32,000 nucleotides of DNA from Candidatus Electrothrix yaqonensis (GCA_047651235.1 CP178758.1:3630001-3662000); one strand, 5' to 3'. Positions 8,248-17,291 are shown, counted from the first letter of the stretch. Translations and numbers: made by a program. Notes: generated by a model from the letters alone, not told the origin.

Positions 8248-11200
8248 ATGAAAAAAAATACATTAACCGCATTATGCCTGGCATCATTGATGCTTACCGC
8301 ATCTGCTGCCCAGGCTCAAGAGACAGCGGATACCGCGAGCTGTGAGACAGCATATGCCTTTGGCAGCAGGGCATTGAGTGAAATTCCCGACCTCAAAAAT
8401 GCACGATGGGGATGGGAAATTATCCTGAACGGAAACGATGCATTAGTTACATCGATTTATGCCGGTGCCGGAGGGGAAGATACCACAAAAGGAGCCTATA
8501 TAGGCGATCTTCGGATTGACAGAAATGACGATCTGGTCACCCTGCAGCTCGATATACTGGAGGGAATATCTCTCAGCGAAACGCATATTTATGTAGGAAC
8601 AGAGGATGTCCCCACAACAGCAAATGGAGGATATGCAAGCCTTACGCAGCAGATAGGAAGACTCGATTCATACGGCAACGGCCTGTATAAAGTTCAACTG
8701 AATGACGAGACCCTCAATGTCGATAAGCTGTATGTTGTTGTTCATCTTAACGCGTGCAAAGGCGGCGATGATCCAAACACAAACACGGAATGCGGTGCCG
8801 ACAGCCCGTGGAAAGGACCGTGGGACAATGCTGTAGAATACAAATCAGGTGATGTTGTTGGATATGAAGGCAGCAGCTATGTCAACGTCTGCTGCGAGGA
8901 GACACCAAGCATAGCAGGCATAGCACCTACTGCCGACTTGTTCGATCCTTTTACTGAGGAAGGTTGCTGGAAACTCGTAGCTGAGAAAGGCGAGCAGGGT
9001 CCTGAAGGCCCCGAAGGTCCGCAGGGTGAAACCGGTCTGACTGGCGATACAGGTCCGCAGGGTCCGATTGGTCCGGTAGGCCCGCAGGGTGATCAGGGTG
9101 AAGTTGGTCCGCAGGGTCCGATTGGTCCGGTAGGTCCGCAGGGTGAAACCGGTCTGACTGGCGATACAGGTCCGCAGGGTCCGATTGGTCCGGTAGGCCC
9201 GCAGGGTGATCAGGGTGAAGTTGGTCCGCAGGGTCCGATTGGTCCGGTAGGTCCGCAGGGTGAAACCGGTCTGACTGGCGATACAGGTCCGCAGGGTCCG
9301 ATTGGTCCGGTAGGTCCGCAGGGTGAAACCGGTCTGACTGGCGATACAGGTCCGCAGGGTCCGATTGGTCCGGTAGGCCCGCAGGGTGATCAGGGTGAAG
9401 TTGGTCCGCAGGGTCCGATTGGTCCGGTAGGTCCGCAGGGTGATCAGGGTGAAGTTGGTCCGCAGGGTCCGATTGGTCCGGTAGGTCCGCAGGGTGAAAC
9501 CGGTCTGACTGGCGATACAGGTCCGCAGGGTCCGATTGGTCCGGTAGGTCCGCAGGGTGAAACCGGTCTGACTGGCGATACAGGTCCGCAGGGTCCGATT
9601 GGTCCGGTAGGCCCGCAGGGTGATCAGGGTGAAGTTGGTCCGCAGGGTCCGATTGGTCCGGTAGGCCCGCAGGGTGAAACCGGTCTGACTGGCGATACAG
9701 GTCCGCAGGGTCCGATTGGTCCGGTAGGCCCGCAGGGTGATCAGGGTGAAGTTGGTCCGCAGGGTCCGATTGGTCCGGTAGGTCCGCAGGGTGAAACCGG
9801 TCTGACTGGCGATACAGGTCCGCAGGGTCCGATTGGTCCGGTAGGTCCGCAGGGTGAAACCGGTCTGACTGGCGATACAGGTCCGCAGGGTCCGATTGGT
9901 CCGGTAGGCCCGCAGGGTGATCAGGGTGAAGTTGGTCCGCAGGGTCCGATTGGTCCGGTAGGTCCGCAGGGTGAAACCGGTCTGACTGGCGATACAGGTC
10001 CGCAGGGTCCGATTGGTCCGGTAGGCCCGCAGGGTGATCAGGGTGAAGTTGGTCCGCAGGGTCCGATTGGTCCGGTAGGTCCGCAGGGTGAAACCGGTCT
10101 GACTGGCGATACAGGTCCGCAGGGTCCGATTGGTCCGGTAGGTCCGCAGGGTGAAACCGGTCTGACTGGCGATACAGGTCCGCAGGGTCCGATTGGTCCG
10201 GTAGGCCCGCAGGGTGAAACCGGTCTGACTGGCGATACAGGTCCGCAGGGTCCGATTGGTCCGGTAGGTCCGCAGGGTGAAACCGGTCTGACTGGCGATA
10301 CAGGTCCGCAGGGTCCGATTGGTCCGGTAGGCCCGCAGGGTGATCAGGGTGAAGTTGGTCCGCAGGGTCCGATTGGTCCGGTAGGTCCGCAGGGTGAAAC
10401 CGGTCTGACTGGCGATACAGGTCCGCAGGGTCCGATTGGTCCGGTAGGCCCGCAGGGTGATCAGGGTGAAGTTGGTCCGCAGGGTCCGATTGGTCCGGTA
10501 GGCCCGCAGGGTGAAACCGGTCTGACTGGCGATACAGGTCCGCAGGGTCCGATTGGTCCGGTAGGCCCGCAGGGTGATCAGGGTGAAGTTGGTCCGCAGG
10601 GTCCGATTGGTCCGGTAGGTCCGCAGGGTGAAACCGGTCTGACTGGCGATACAGGTCCGCAGGGTCCGATTGGTCCGGTAGGTCCGCAGGGTGAAACCGG
10701 TCTGACTGGCGATACAGGTCCGCAGGGTCCGATTGGTCCGGTAGGCCCGCAGGGTGATCAGGGTGAAGTTGGTCCGCAGGGTCCGATTGGTCCGGTAGGT
10801 CCGCAGGGTGAAACCGGTCTGACTGGCGATACAGGTCCGCAGGGTCCGATTGGTCCGGTAGGCCCGCAGGGTGATCAGGGTGAAGTTGGTCCGCAGGGTC
10901 CGATTGGTCCGGTAGGTCCGCAGGGTGAAACCGGTCTGACTGGCGATACAGGTCCGCAGGGTCCGATTGGTCCGGTAGGTCCGCAGGGTGAAACCGGTCT
11001 GACTGGCGATACAGGTCCGCAGGGTCCGATTGGTCCGGTAGGCCCGCAGGGTGAAACCGGTCTGACTGGCGATACAGGTCCGCAGGGTCCGATTGGTCCG
11101 GTAGGTCCGCAGGGTGAAACCGGTCTGACTGGCGATACAGGTCCGCAGGGTCCGATTGGTCCGGTAGGCCCGCAGGGTGATCAGGGTGAAGTTGGTCCGC

Positions 11201-12111
11201 AGGGTCCGATTGGTCCGGTAGGTCCGCAGGGTGAAACCGGTCTGACTGGCGATACAGGTCCGCAGGGTCCGATTGGTCCGGTAGGCCCGCAGGGTGATCA
11301 GGGTGAAGTTGGTCCGCAGGGTCCGATTGGTCCGGTAGGTCCGCAGGGTGAAACCGGTCTGACTGGCGATACAGGTCCGCAGGGTCCGATTGGTCCGGTA
11401 GGCCCGCAGGGTGATCAGGGTGAAGTTGGTCCGCAGGGTCCGATTGGTCCGGTAGGTCCGCAGGGTGAAACCGGTCTGACTGGCGATACAGGTCCGCAGG
11501 GTCCGATTGGTCCGGTAGGCCCGCAGGGTGATCAGGGTGAAGTTGGTCCGCAGGGTCCGATTGGTCCGGTAGGCCCGCAGGGTCCGAAAGGTGATACCGG
11601 CGAATACCCGTTAGGTCAGTGTGACTTCGGTCAGATTCTAACCGGTTTTAATTCCAACGGTCCAATCTGCGAAGACATACCGGTCAACCTGATTGGCGGC
11701 TGCGAAACAGCCTTCGCTCACGGTGATAGAACATTGAATTCCTTCCTTGATACAAACCGGTGGGGATGGGAGATCACTGTAAATCCAGGACAAACGAAGA
11801 CAGGTATCCCGATTTATGCCGGAGCGGGACAGAATGACACCAGCAAGGGAACCCAGGTAGGCGAACTGACTGTAGCCTACACAGGAAACACGGTAACCGT
11901 TACCTACACCATGACAGCAGATGAGATCATCATGAAGGAAACCCATCTGTATGTGGGTGAGGAAAGTGTCACAACTGCAGCACCTGGCCAGTACGGTCTG
12001 CAGGATGAAGGTTTGCTCAATGCAACCACTGATAGCTATACAGTAACTGTCAGCGGCACAAAGTCGGTCAAGGTCGTCGCTCATGCTGTAACCTGTACAA
12101 AAGCGGACTAA
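8248..12111 (+). CDS. Giant secreted collagen-like (Gly-X-Y) protein with the same Cys-bracketed globular domain at both ends
   Basis: 1287 aa. AAGGAGGAG lies upstream of the ATG. Signal peptide: [24 protein letters not shown]-terminal domain 8341-8757. A CBM5/12-like W..W..Y..GDVV.Y.GSSY segment follows. There are 873 uninterrupted G-X-Y residues (8989-11607), then a Cys knot [19 protein letters not shown], then the C-terminal domain 11701-12096. Confidence 0.9.
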   Translation: MKKNTLTALCLASLMLTASAAQAQETADTASCETAYAFGSRALSEIPDLKNARWGWEIILNGNDALVTSIYAGAGGEDTTKGAYIGDLRIDRNDDLVTLQLDILEGISLSETHIYVGTEDVPTTANGGYASLTQQIGRLDSYGNGLYKVQLNDETLNVDKLYVVVHLNACKGGDDPNTNTECGADSPWKGPWDNAVEYKSGDVVGYEGSSYVNVCCEETPSIAGIAPTADLFDPFTEEGCWKLVAEKGEQGPEGPEGPQGETGLTGDTGPQGPIGPVGPQGDQGEVGPQGPIGPVGPQGETGLTGDTGPQGPIGPVGPQGDQGEVGPQGPIGPVGPQGETGLTGDTGPQGPIGPVGPQGETGLTGDTGPQGPIGPVGPQGDQGEVGPQGPIGPVGPQGDQGEVGPQGPIGPVGPQGETGLTGDTGPQGPIGPVGPQGETGLTGDTGPQGPIGPVGPQGDQGEVGPQGPIGPVGPQGETGLTGDTGPQGPIGPVGPQGDQGEVGPQGPIGPVGPQGETGLTGDTGPQGPIGPVGPQGETGLTGDTGPQGPIGPVGPQGDQGEVGPQGPIGPVGPQGETGLTGDTGPQGPIGPVGPQGDQGEVGPQGPIGPVGPQGETGLTGDTGPQGPIGPVGPQGETGLTGDTGPQGPIGPVGPQGETGLTGDTGPQGPIGPVGPQGETGLTGDTGPQGPIGPVGPQGDQGEVGPQGPIGPVGPQGETGLTGDTGPQGPIGPVGPQGDQGEVGPQGPIGPVGPQGETGLTGDTGPQGPIGPVGPQGDQGEVGPQGPIGPVGPQGETGLTGDTGPQGPIGPVGPQGETGLTGDTGPQGPIGPVGPQGDQGEVGPQGPIGPVGPQGETGLTGDTGPQGPIGPVGPQGDQGEVGPQGPIGPVGPQGETGLTGDTGPQGPIGPVGPQGETGLTGDTGPQGPIGPVGPQGETGLTGDTGPQGPIGPVGPQGETGLTGDTGPQGPIGPVGPQGDQGEVGPQGPIGPVGPQGETGLTGDTGPQGPIGPVGPQGDQGEVGPQGPIGPVGPQGETGLTGDTGPQGPIGPVGPQGDQGEVGPQGPIGPVGPQGETGLTGDTGPQGPIGPVGPQGDQGEVGPQGPIGPVGPQGPKGDTGEYPLGQCDFGQILTGFNSNGPICEDIPVNLIGGCETAFAHGDRTLNSFLDTNRWGWEITVNPGQTKTGIPIYAGAGQNDTSKGTQVGELTVAYTGNTVTVTYTMTADEIIMKETHLYVGEESVTTAAPGQYGLQDEGLLNATTDSYTVTVSGTKSVKVVAHAVTCTKAD
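9025..11580 (+). repeat. In-frame tandem array of 43 units: 26 of 63 nt ([22 protein letters not shown]) and 17 of 54 nt ([19 protein letters not shown])
   Basis: All unit boundaries were checked against the sequence. The order is ABABAABBAABABAABABAAAABABABAABABAAAABABABAB. Units of one type are almost identical; the only variation seen is GGC/GGT at one Gly codon. Blocks 9790-10626 and 10627-11463 are an 837-bp duplicate pair. Confidence 0.95.
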
Positions 12112-12144
12112 CAGCGCAGACTGACGGTTAGGATTAAAGCGAAA

Positions 12145-12176
12145 GGAGCAGATCCGAAAGGGTCTGCTCCTTTTTT
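12145..12176 (+). terminator. Rho-independent terminator of collagen-like gene 1
   Basis: GGAGCAGATCC-GAAA-GGGTCTGCTCC followed by TTTTTT. Confidence 0.8.
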
Positions 12177-12178
12177 GG

Positions 12179-12345
12179 TTCCGGTAACTGCCTGCGGCAG
12201 CTTCGCTTTACTTTGACACTGAGAAGTATGTTCCGACCGCCGCCTGAATTTACAGCTTCAAGTAAAACTCAGTGCGGCGTATTTGATGAGATACTGCAGG
12301 TTGCTGCATTGGGTAAAGAAGATAATATGTGATGGAGCCAGAAGG
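12179..12345 (+). repeat. Downstream cassette module, copy 1
   Basis: Matches 16704..16882. Only 3 substitutions in the first ~148 nt (GTTCCGGTAACTGCCTGCGGCAGC...GGGTAAAGAAGAT); identity decays after that. Confidence 0.9.
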
Positions 12346-12360
12346 GAGGAAATTACTCAG

Positions 12361-12453
12361 CTGATGTTACGCACGCAAATAAAAGATCAGTAAGTTACGA
12401 GACACCCAAAACGTGGAATCTGCCGATTTTGCGTTTCGGCTGCGTAACATCAG
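12361..12453. repeat. MITE-like or hairpin element with 13-bp perfect terminal inverted repeats
   Basis: CTGATGTTACGCA (12361-12373) pairs with TGCGTAACATCAG (12441-12453). It shares the GTTACGCA core with the neighbouring element. Confidence 0.6.
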
Positions 12454-12516
12454 TTACAGAGTTAAAAAAGTATAGCTTCCGAAATCCGGTTACCACAACA
12501 AATCTAAGAAGCTGAG

Positions 12517-12631
12517 GGAGTTACGCAGTTGAGAATAAGAAACTCAAGTGTTACAATAGGTTCCTCTTTTAGAGACACAAAACCGTCAGTTGAACAAAAT
12601 CAACGGGTTGTAGATCTAACTGCGTAACTCC
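12517..12631. repeat. MITE-like element with 14-bp perfect terminal inverted repeats
   Basis: GGAGTTACGCAGTT (12517-12530) pairs with AACTGCGTAACTCC (12618-12631). The internal segment 12575-12611 recurs, inverted, at 18647-18673. Confidence 0.65.
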
Positions 12632-12853
12632 TAAAGCTGTTTGAAAAACATGCTTCTAACAATACAGTTTCCGGGATAGATGTTGCAACCGGTATTTTGA
12701 CTGCAGGCAGCCTTATGGACCGTATGGTTGAGCATCAGTAAATCTTCTGTATTTTGCCAAGGTTACGTATCCTGAATATATAAAAAATTAAATATTAAAT
12801 AGAGAACATACCCCTTCCGTCTAATATTATTTTCGATTCAGAGTATTTTTTTC

Positions 12854-12882
12854 TTGACGCCGTATATAATATTTTATACTTT
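12854..12882 (+). promoter_or_regulatory. Sigma70-like promoter, copy 2
   Basis: TTGACG, 17 nt, TACTTT, with the same UP-like AT tract as copy 1. Confidence 0.35.
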
Positions 12883-12964
12883 TAAGATAAAGAGAAGCTG
12901 TATCGGTCATTCATTATCCGGCTGCAGCAGCTCAATTTACGAACATAGAAAACTACATAACTCT

Positions 12965-13138
12965 ATGGCAGCGCTTATTCAGTAATAAGTAGGCACCGTG
13001 CTTTCCGGTCAGAAACGGAAAGCTGAATAAAGCCACAACCGTCGCGAGGCGGTGTCGGAAAACTACGGGTCTCCAGAGAGGAGACAGCCGGGTTACCTGC
13101 TTTTTCCATTTCACTTTTATACCGGGAGGTAAGTTATG
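12965..13138 (+). promoter_or_regulatory. Conserved structured 5' leader, copy 2
   Basis: Identical to 7821..7994 and ends at the same SD-ATG (13136). Downstream sequence diverges after the codons MKSP. Confidence 0.45.
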
Positions 13139-13558
13139 AAATCCCCACCAGCAGTATTCAACCGTAGTATCCCTTCAGTCGTACCCGTAGGTCTTCCGAC
13201 CGCAGACCGCAGTTCCTGTCTTCTTCCTGTTCAGTCAGGAAAGAAATCTCAGTCTGATTATCAGGACAATGCCGAGTACCGGCACGTCCGACTCAGCCTA
13301 TACTGTTCTTCGGTATAATCTGAGCTTTTACAGAGGCTGAGCTGCAGCTTTAATTTAAATTTAATTCATTAACGAACAGGAGAGTACGACCCCGGAAAAA
13401 CGCGATGTATTCCGGTGACACTCCGTATTTTTCAGCTTTGTTTTTAAAAAGAACAGACCCTTAATCCGTCTGAATAGGATCATACCGACTTTTTGATCTG
13501 TACAGATAAACTAATCCCCTGCCTCAGTAAGAGGCAAATAAAAAAAAGAGGAATGATA

Positions 13559-16500
13559 ATGAAGAGAAAAAACGTGTTGACAGCGTTATGTCTGGCATCT
13601 CTGATGCTTACCGCGTCTGCTGTCCAAGCAACAGGCCCCACTGAGCAGGAACTGCAAGCTTGCAATGAAGCAAAGAATATTGAAGATTGCAAGGAGCATG
13701 TGAGGGAGCTGGCGAAGGCTCGGGAAGAGAAGTTGAAGCAGAAAGAGCTGGACCGGGAAGAGAAGCTGAAACAGAAAGAGCTGGACCGGGAAGAAAAGCT
13801 GAAACAGAAAGAGCTGGACCGGGAAGAAAAGCTGAAACAGAAAGAGCTGGACCGGGAAGAGAAACTGAAGCAGAAAGAGCAGGAGTGGGTGAAGAAGAAG
13901 GAGGAGGAGTGCGAGAATCCTAAGGAGAAACCTAAGGATAAGCCTAAGAACCCCCCTAATGACAACCCTGGTCAGAAGCCTACGGCCGGGAAGGATTGCC
14001 AGACGGCGTATGCCTTTGGAGACCGGACAGATGCCAATCCTAATGATGCGGCAGTATATCAATCCGCTGACGGAGAGCTTGATACTTATCTGGGAGATCA
14101 GGTGCTTAACGAGTTGCCGGGTCTCAAGCCGAATCGGTGGGGATGGATGCTTTCCATCTTTAATGGGGATGAGTTTACTGTACCGATCTATGCCGGTGCC
14201 GGAAAAAACGATATTGCAAGGGGCACCCATGTTGGAAATCTGACAGTTATCTACAAGGAAGGTCTGTTAACCGTATCTTTTGGTATGTTTGAAGGATTTT
14301 CTTTGAATGGAAGCCATTTGTACGTAAATAACGGAATAAATGACGGAGAGGAGCATGTGCCCACCTCCGCACCGGGCAGATATGATGACTACAGTATAGG
14401 AAACCGGACATTCGATTCCGCTACAGATACATATACCGTGGATCTTGGAACAGCAGACTTTCCATCTTCTTTATATATTGCTGTTCATAGCGTAGTTTGC
14501 GAAGGAGAACAAGGTGGAGGACAAGGCGGAGGAGGAGACTGCACTATATGCCCGGCAGGGCCGAAAGGTGAGAAAGGTGATCCGGGTATCCAAGGCCTCG
14601 AAGGTCCGCAGGGTCCGATTGGCCTGACTGGTCCGGAAGGCCCGGAAGGCCCGCAGGGTATCCAGGGTGAAACAGGCCCGGAAGGCCCCGCAGGTCCGCA
14701 GGGTCCGATTGGCCTGACTGGTCCGATAGGCCCCGAAGGCCCGCAGGGTATCCAGGGTGAAACAGGCCCGGAAGGTCCCGCAGGTCCGATAGGTCCGGAA
14801 GGCCCGCAGGGTATCCAGGGTGAAACAGGCCCGGAAGGCCCCGCAGGTCCGATAGGTCCCGAAGGTCCGAAAGGCAAAAAGGGCAAAAAAGGTGATCCGG
14901 GCATCCAAGGTCCTGAAGGCCCGACTGGTCCGGAAGGCCCGCAGGGTATCCAGGGTGAAACAGGCCCGGAAGGTCCCGCAGGTCCGATAGGCCCGGAAGG
15001 CCCGCAGGGTATCCAGGGTGAAACAGGCCCGGAAGGCCCCGCAGGTCCGATAGGTCCCGAAGGTCCGAAAGGCAAAAAGGGCAAAAAAGGTGATCCGGGC
15101 ATCCAAGGTCCTGAAGGCCCGACTGGTCCGGAAGGCCCGCAGGGTATCCAGGGTGAAACAGGCCCGGAAGGTCCCGCAGGTCCGATAGGCCCGGAAGGCC
15201 CGCAGGGTATCCAGGGTGAAACAGGCCCGGAAGGCCCCGCAGGTCCGATAGGTCCCGAAGGTCCGAAAGGCAAAAAGGGCAAAAAAGGTGATCCGGGCAT
15301 CCAAGGTCCTGAAGGCCCGACTGGTCCGGAAGGCCCGCAGGGTATTCAGGGTGAAACAGGCCCGGAAGGCCCCGCAGGTCCTCAGGGTCCGATTGGCCTG
15401 ACTGGTCCGGAAGGTCCCGAAGGTCCGCAGGGTCCGATTGGCCTGACCGGTCCGGAAGGCCCCGCAGGTCCGCAGGGTCCGATTGGCCTGACTGGTCCGG
15501 AAGGTCCCGAAGGTCCTCAGGGTCCGATTGGCCTGACTGGTCCGGAAGGCCCCGCAGGTCCTCAGGGTCCGATTGGCCTGACTGGTCCGGAAGGTCCCGA
15601 AGGTCCGCAGGGTCCGATTGGCCTGACCGGTCCGGAAGGCCCCGCAGGTCCGCAGGGTCCGATTGGCCTGACTGGTCCGGAAGGTCCCGAAGGTCCGCAG
15701 GGTCCGATTGGCCTGACTGGTCCGGAAGGTCCCGAAGGTCCGCAGGGTCCGATTGGCCTGACTGGTCCGGAAGGTCCCGAAGGTCCGATTGGCCTGACTG
15801 GTCCGGAAGGTCCCGAAGGTCCGCAGGGCATCCAGGGTGAAAAGGGCGACAAAGGTGATCCTGGCCAGGTAGTAATTAATGTCGGTAACTGTCCAGAAAA
15901 TCAGGTTATGACGGGTATTACCGTCGTGGATGGAGAATTAAGAGTAATCTGCGAGGAGTTCTGCAACTTCACCTGCAGCAGCCAGCCTGTCTGCGGCAAT
16001 GGCATTAAGGAGACAGGTGAAGAGTGTGACGACGGAAACATTTTGAATGGAGACGGTTGTTCCTCTACCTGCACCGATGAGCCAACAGGTGATATTCAGC
16101 CCGGAGACTTCCGGACACAGACGCAGGGCGGATGGGGCCAGGACGAATGCAATGGCGGCAATCCTGCATGCTACCGCAACGATAACTTCGACACATGTTT
16201 CAGCAACGGCCTGATCGTCGGTGACCCGGATGGTCCTGACAGCGACACTTCGTACGCACTCGAACTGACATCATCGGCAGCGGTAGCAGGTTCCCTGCCA
16301 GCTGGCGGTTCCTCCAAGGCACTTACTGCGGACTTCACTGATCCCGGTAACTTGAACCAGATAACAGGTGTATTGGGCGGACAGCTCGTAGCCGCCACGC
16401 TCAGCGTGACGTTCGACAGGTGCGACACCGATTTCGGAGCCAGCAATGAAGAACTCGGCAACTTGGTCTATGCTGCGAGTGCATGTATTAATATGACGGT

Positions 16501-16645
16501 TGATCAGGTGCTTGCTGAAGCGAATACGATCATCAGCGGTGGCGCAAGTACCTTCACCCCAAGCCAGATCAGTGATTGTCTGGCCACCCTGAATGAGTGC
16601 TTCGTGGACGGAACTCAGACGTGCAATAATTTTGTACTGCCGTAA
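13559..16645 (+). CDS. Secreted multidomain collagen-like protein (charged repeats, Cys-bracketed domain, 438-aa G-X-Y region, Cys-rich repeat, C-terminal domain)
   Basis: The start is set at ATG 13559 (AGAGGA 6 nt upstream) because this gives [24 protein letters not shown], parallel to gene 1. The tracked ORF begins at 13493. Layout: [11 protein letters not shown] x5, a PK-rich linker, the domain at 13997-14500, G-X-Y at 14558-15871, then [27 protein letters not shown], then about 185 aa of C-terminal domain. Confidence 0.9.
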   Translation: MKRKNVLTALCLASLMLTASAVQATGPTEQELQACNEAKNIEDCKEHVRELAKAREEKLKQKELDREEKLKQKELDREEKLKQKELDREEKLKQKELDREEKLKQKEQEWVKKKEEECENPKEKPKDKPKNPPNDNPGQKPTAGKDCQTAYAFGDRTDANPNDAAVYQSADGELDTYLGDQVLNELPGLKPNRWGWMLSIFNGDEFTVPIYAGAGKNDIARGTHVGNLTVIYKEGLLTVSFGMFEGFSLNGSHLYVNNGINDGEEHVPTSAPGRYDDYSIGNRTFDSATDTYTVDLGTADFPSSLYIAVHSVVCEGEQGGGQGGGGDCTICPAGPKGEKGDPGIQGLEGPQGPIGLTGPEGPEGPQGIQGETGPEGPAGPQGPIGLTGPIGPEGPQGIQGETGPEGPAGPIGPEGPQGIQGETGPEGPAGPIGPEGPKGKKGKKGDPGIQGPEGPTGPEGPQGIQGETGPEGPAGPIGPEGPQGIQGETGPEGPAGPIGPEGPKGKKGKKGDPGIQGPEGPTGPEGPQGIQGETGPEGPAGPIGPEGPQGIQGETGPEGPAGPIGPEGPKGKKGKKGDPGIQGPEGPTGPEGPQGIQGETGPEGPAGPQGPIGLTGPEGPEGPQGPIGLTGPEGPAGPQGPIGLTGPEGPEGPQGPIGLTGPEGPAGPQGPIGLTGPEGPEGPQGPIGLTGPEGPAGPQGPIGLTGPEGPEGPQGPIGLTGPEGPEGPQGPIGLTGPEGPEGPIGLTGPEGPEGPQGIQGEKGDKGDPGQVVINVGNCPENQVMTGITVVDGELRVICEEFCNFTCSSQPVCGNGIKETGEECDDGNILNGDGCSSTCTDEPTGDIQPGDFRTQTQGGWGQDECNGGNPACYRNDNFDTCFSNGLIVGDPDGPDSDTSYALELTSSAAVAGSLPAGGSSKALTADFTDPGNLNQITGVLGGQLVAATLSVTFDRCDTDFGASNEELGNLVYAASACINMTVDQVLAEANTIISGGASTFTPSQISDCLATLNECFVDGTQTCNNFVLP
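13721..13885 (+). repeat. Five tandem 33-nt in-frame repeats encoding [11 protein letters not shown]
   Basis: Units begin at 13721, 13754, 13787, 13820 and 13853. The last is degenerate ([11 protein letters not shown]). Confidence 0.9.
14558..15871 (+). repeat. Collagen-like G-X-Y coding repeats with 198-bp and 90-bp higher-order periods
   Basis: There are 146 uninterrupted triplets. GGTCCGAAAGGCAAAAAGGGCAAAAAAGGT ([10 protein letters not shown]) recurs at 14864, 15062 and 15260, a 198-bp period. [30 protein letters not shown] (90 nt) repeats from about 15379 to 15780. Confidence 0.9.
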
Positions 16646-16669
16646 AAAGAACCTTAGTTAAGGAGAAAA

Positions 16670-16703
16670 GGGGCGGACTCGAAAGGGTCTGCCCCCTTTT
16701 TTT
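16670..16703 (+). terminator. Rho-independent terminator of collagen-like gene 2
   Basis: GGGGCGGAC-TCGAAAGG-GTCTGCCCC followed by CTTTTTTT. Same design as the terminator at 12145-12176. Confidence 0.8.
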
Positions 16704-16882
16704 GTTCCGGTAACTGCCTGCGGCAGCTTCGTTTTACTTTGACACTGAGAAGTATGTTCCGACCGCCGCCTGAATTTACAGCTTCAAGTAAAACTCAGAG
16801 CGGCGTATTTGATGAGATACTGCAGGTTGCTGCATTGGGTAAAGAAGATGATGTGTTGATGTATGAGCCGGAGGGAAGTAAC
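16704..16882 (+). repeat. Downstream cassette module, copy 2
   Basis: Matches 12179..12345. Confidence 0.9.
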
Positions 16883-16887
16883 ACTTG

Positions 16888-17247
16888 TCAGTTATCATCC
16901 TCTGTTTGCCCCTCCTGCAGTGCGCTTTTTGTTTTTTCCCGCTCTGAGGAATCATGCCCCTCCGGCGCATCGTCGGAGGCCGTCTGCTCTTCCATAGCAG
17001 AATCCACGGAATCCGATTCTATCGGCTCCGCCACGCCTGCAGAAACACCTGCAGATTGTTTTGCCAAGGCGCTTTTCACATCCTTTGACAGGGCCTCGTC
17101 ACCCAGCATATTCTGCAGCAGTCTGTCGTCAAGAATAGTCTGCTGGTGAGACTGGGAAAAATTGCGCAGCCTCCAGATAAGCCACAGCAGCGATATAACC
17201 AGAAGTCCTACCAGACCAAGAAAAATTATCCAGATAAGATCACCCAT
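16888..17247 (-). CDS. Small single-pass membrane protein with an acidic, low-complexity tail; last gene of the mla operon
   Basis: 119 aa. It has an N-terminal TM helix (IWIIFLGLVGLLVISLLWLIW) and a D/E/S-rich C-terminus. It starts 44 nt downstream of mlaC on the same strand. The overlapping plus-strand ORF 16739..17149 is Ser/Cys-rich and looks like an antisense artefact. Confidence 0.55.
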   Translation of the reverse strand: MGDLIWIIFLGLVGLLVISLLWLIWRLRNFSQSHQQTILDDRLLQNMLGDEALSKDVKSALAKQSAGVSAGVAEPIESDSVDSAMEEQTASDDAPEGHDSSEREKTKSALQEGQTEDDN

Positions 17248-17291
17248 ACGTCCGTCTGTTGTATGTCTGCAGTCCGGGGTTCGACCGGGCT

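Larger units (their letters stand above)
12686..13147 (+). repeat. Upstream cassette module, copy 2
   Basis: Matches 7573..8003 and carries an extra ~31 bp (about 12749-12780). The gene-end remnant reads TGILTAGSLMDRMVEHQ*. Confidence 0.9.

Noticed and set aside
9025-11580. Highly regular 54/63-nt repeats that could superficially suggest a CRISPR array
   Set aside because: There are no unique spacers between the repeats. The units abut directly, are all in frame and encode continuous Gly-X-Y inside a 1287-aa ORF. No cas genes are nearby.
13480-15852. Long minus-strand and off-frame ORFs across the collagen regions (13480..13965, 13586..14230, 13687..13923, 14471..15304, 14485..15300, 15562..15852; also 11638..12084)
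   Set aside because: These are shadow ORFs that arise from the low-complexity repeat composition, which leaves the opposite strand and other frames free of stops. They lack signal sequences and SD sites, and they are fully contained in the well-supported plus-strand genes.
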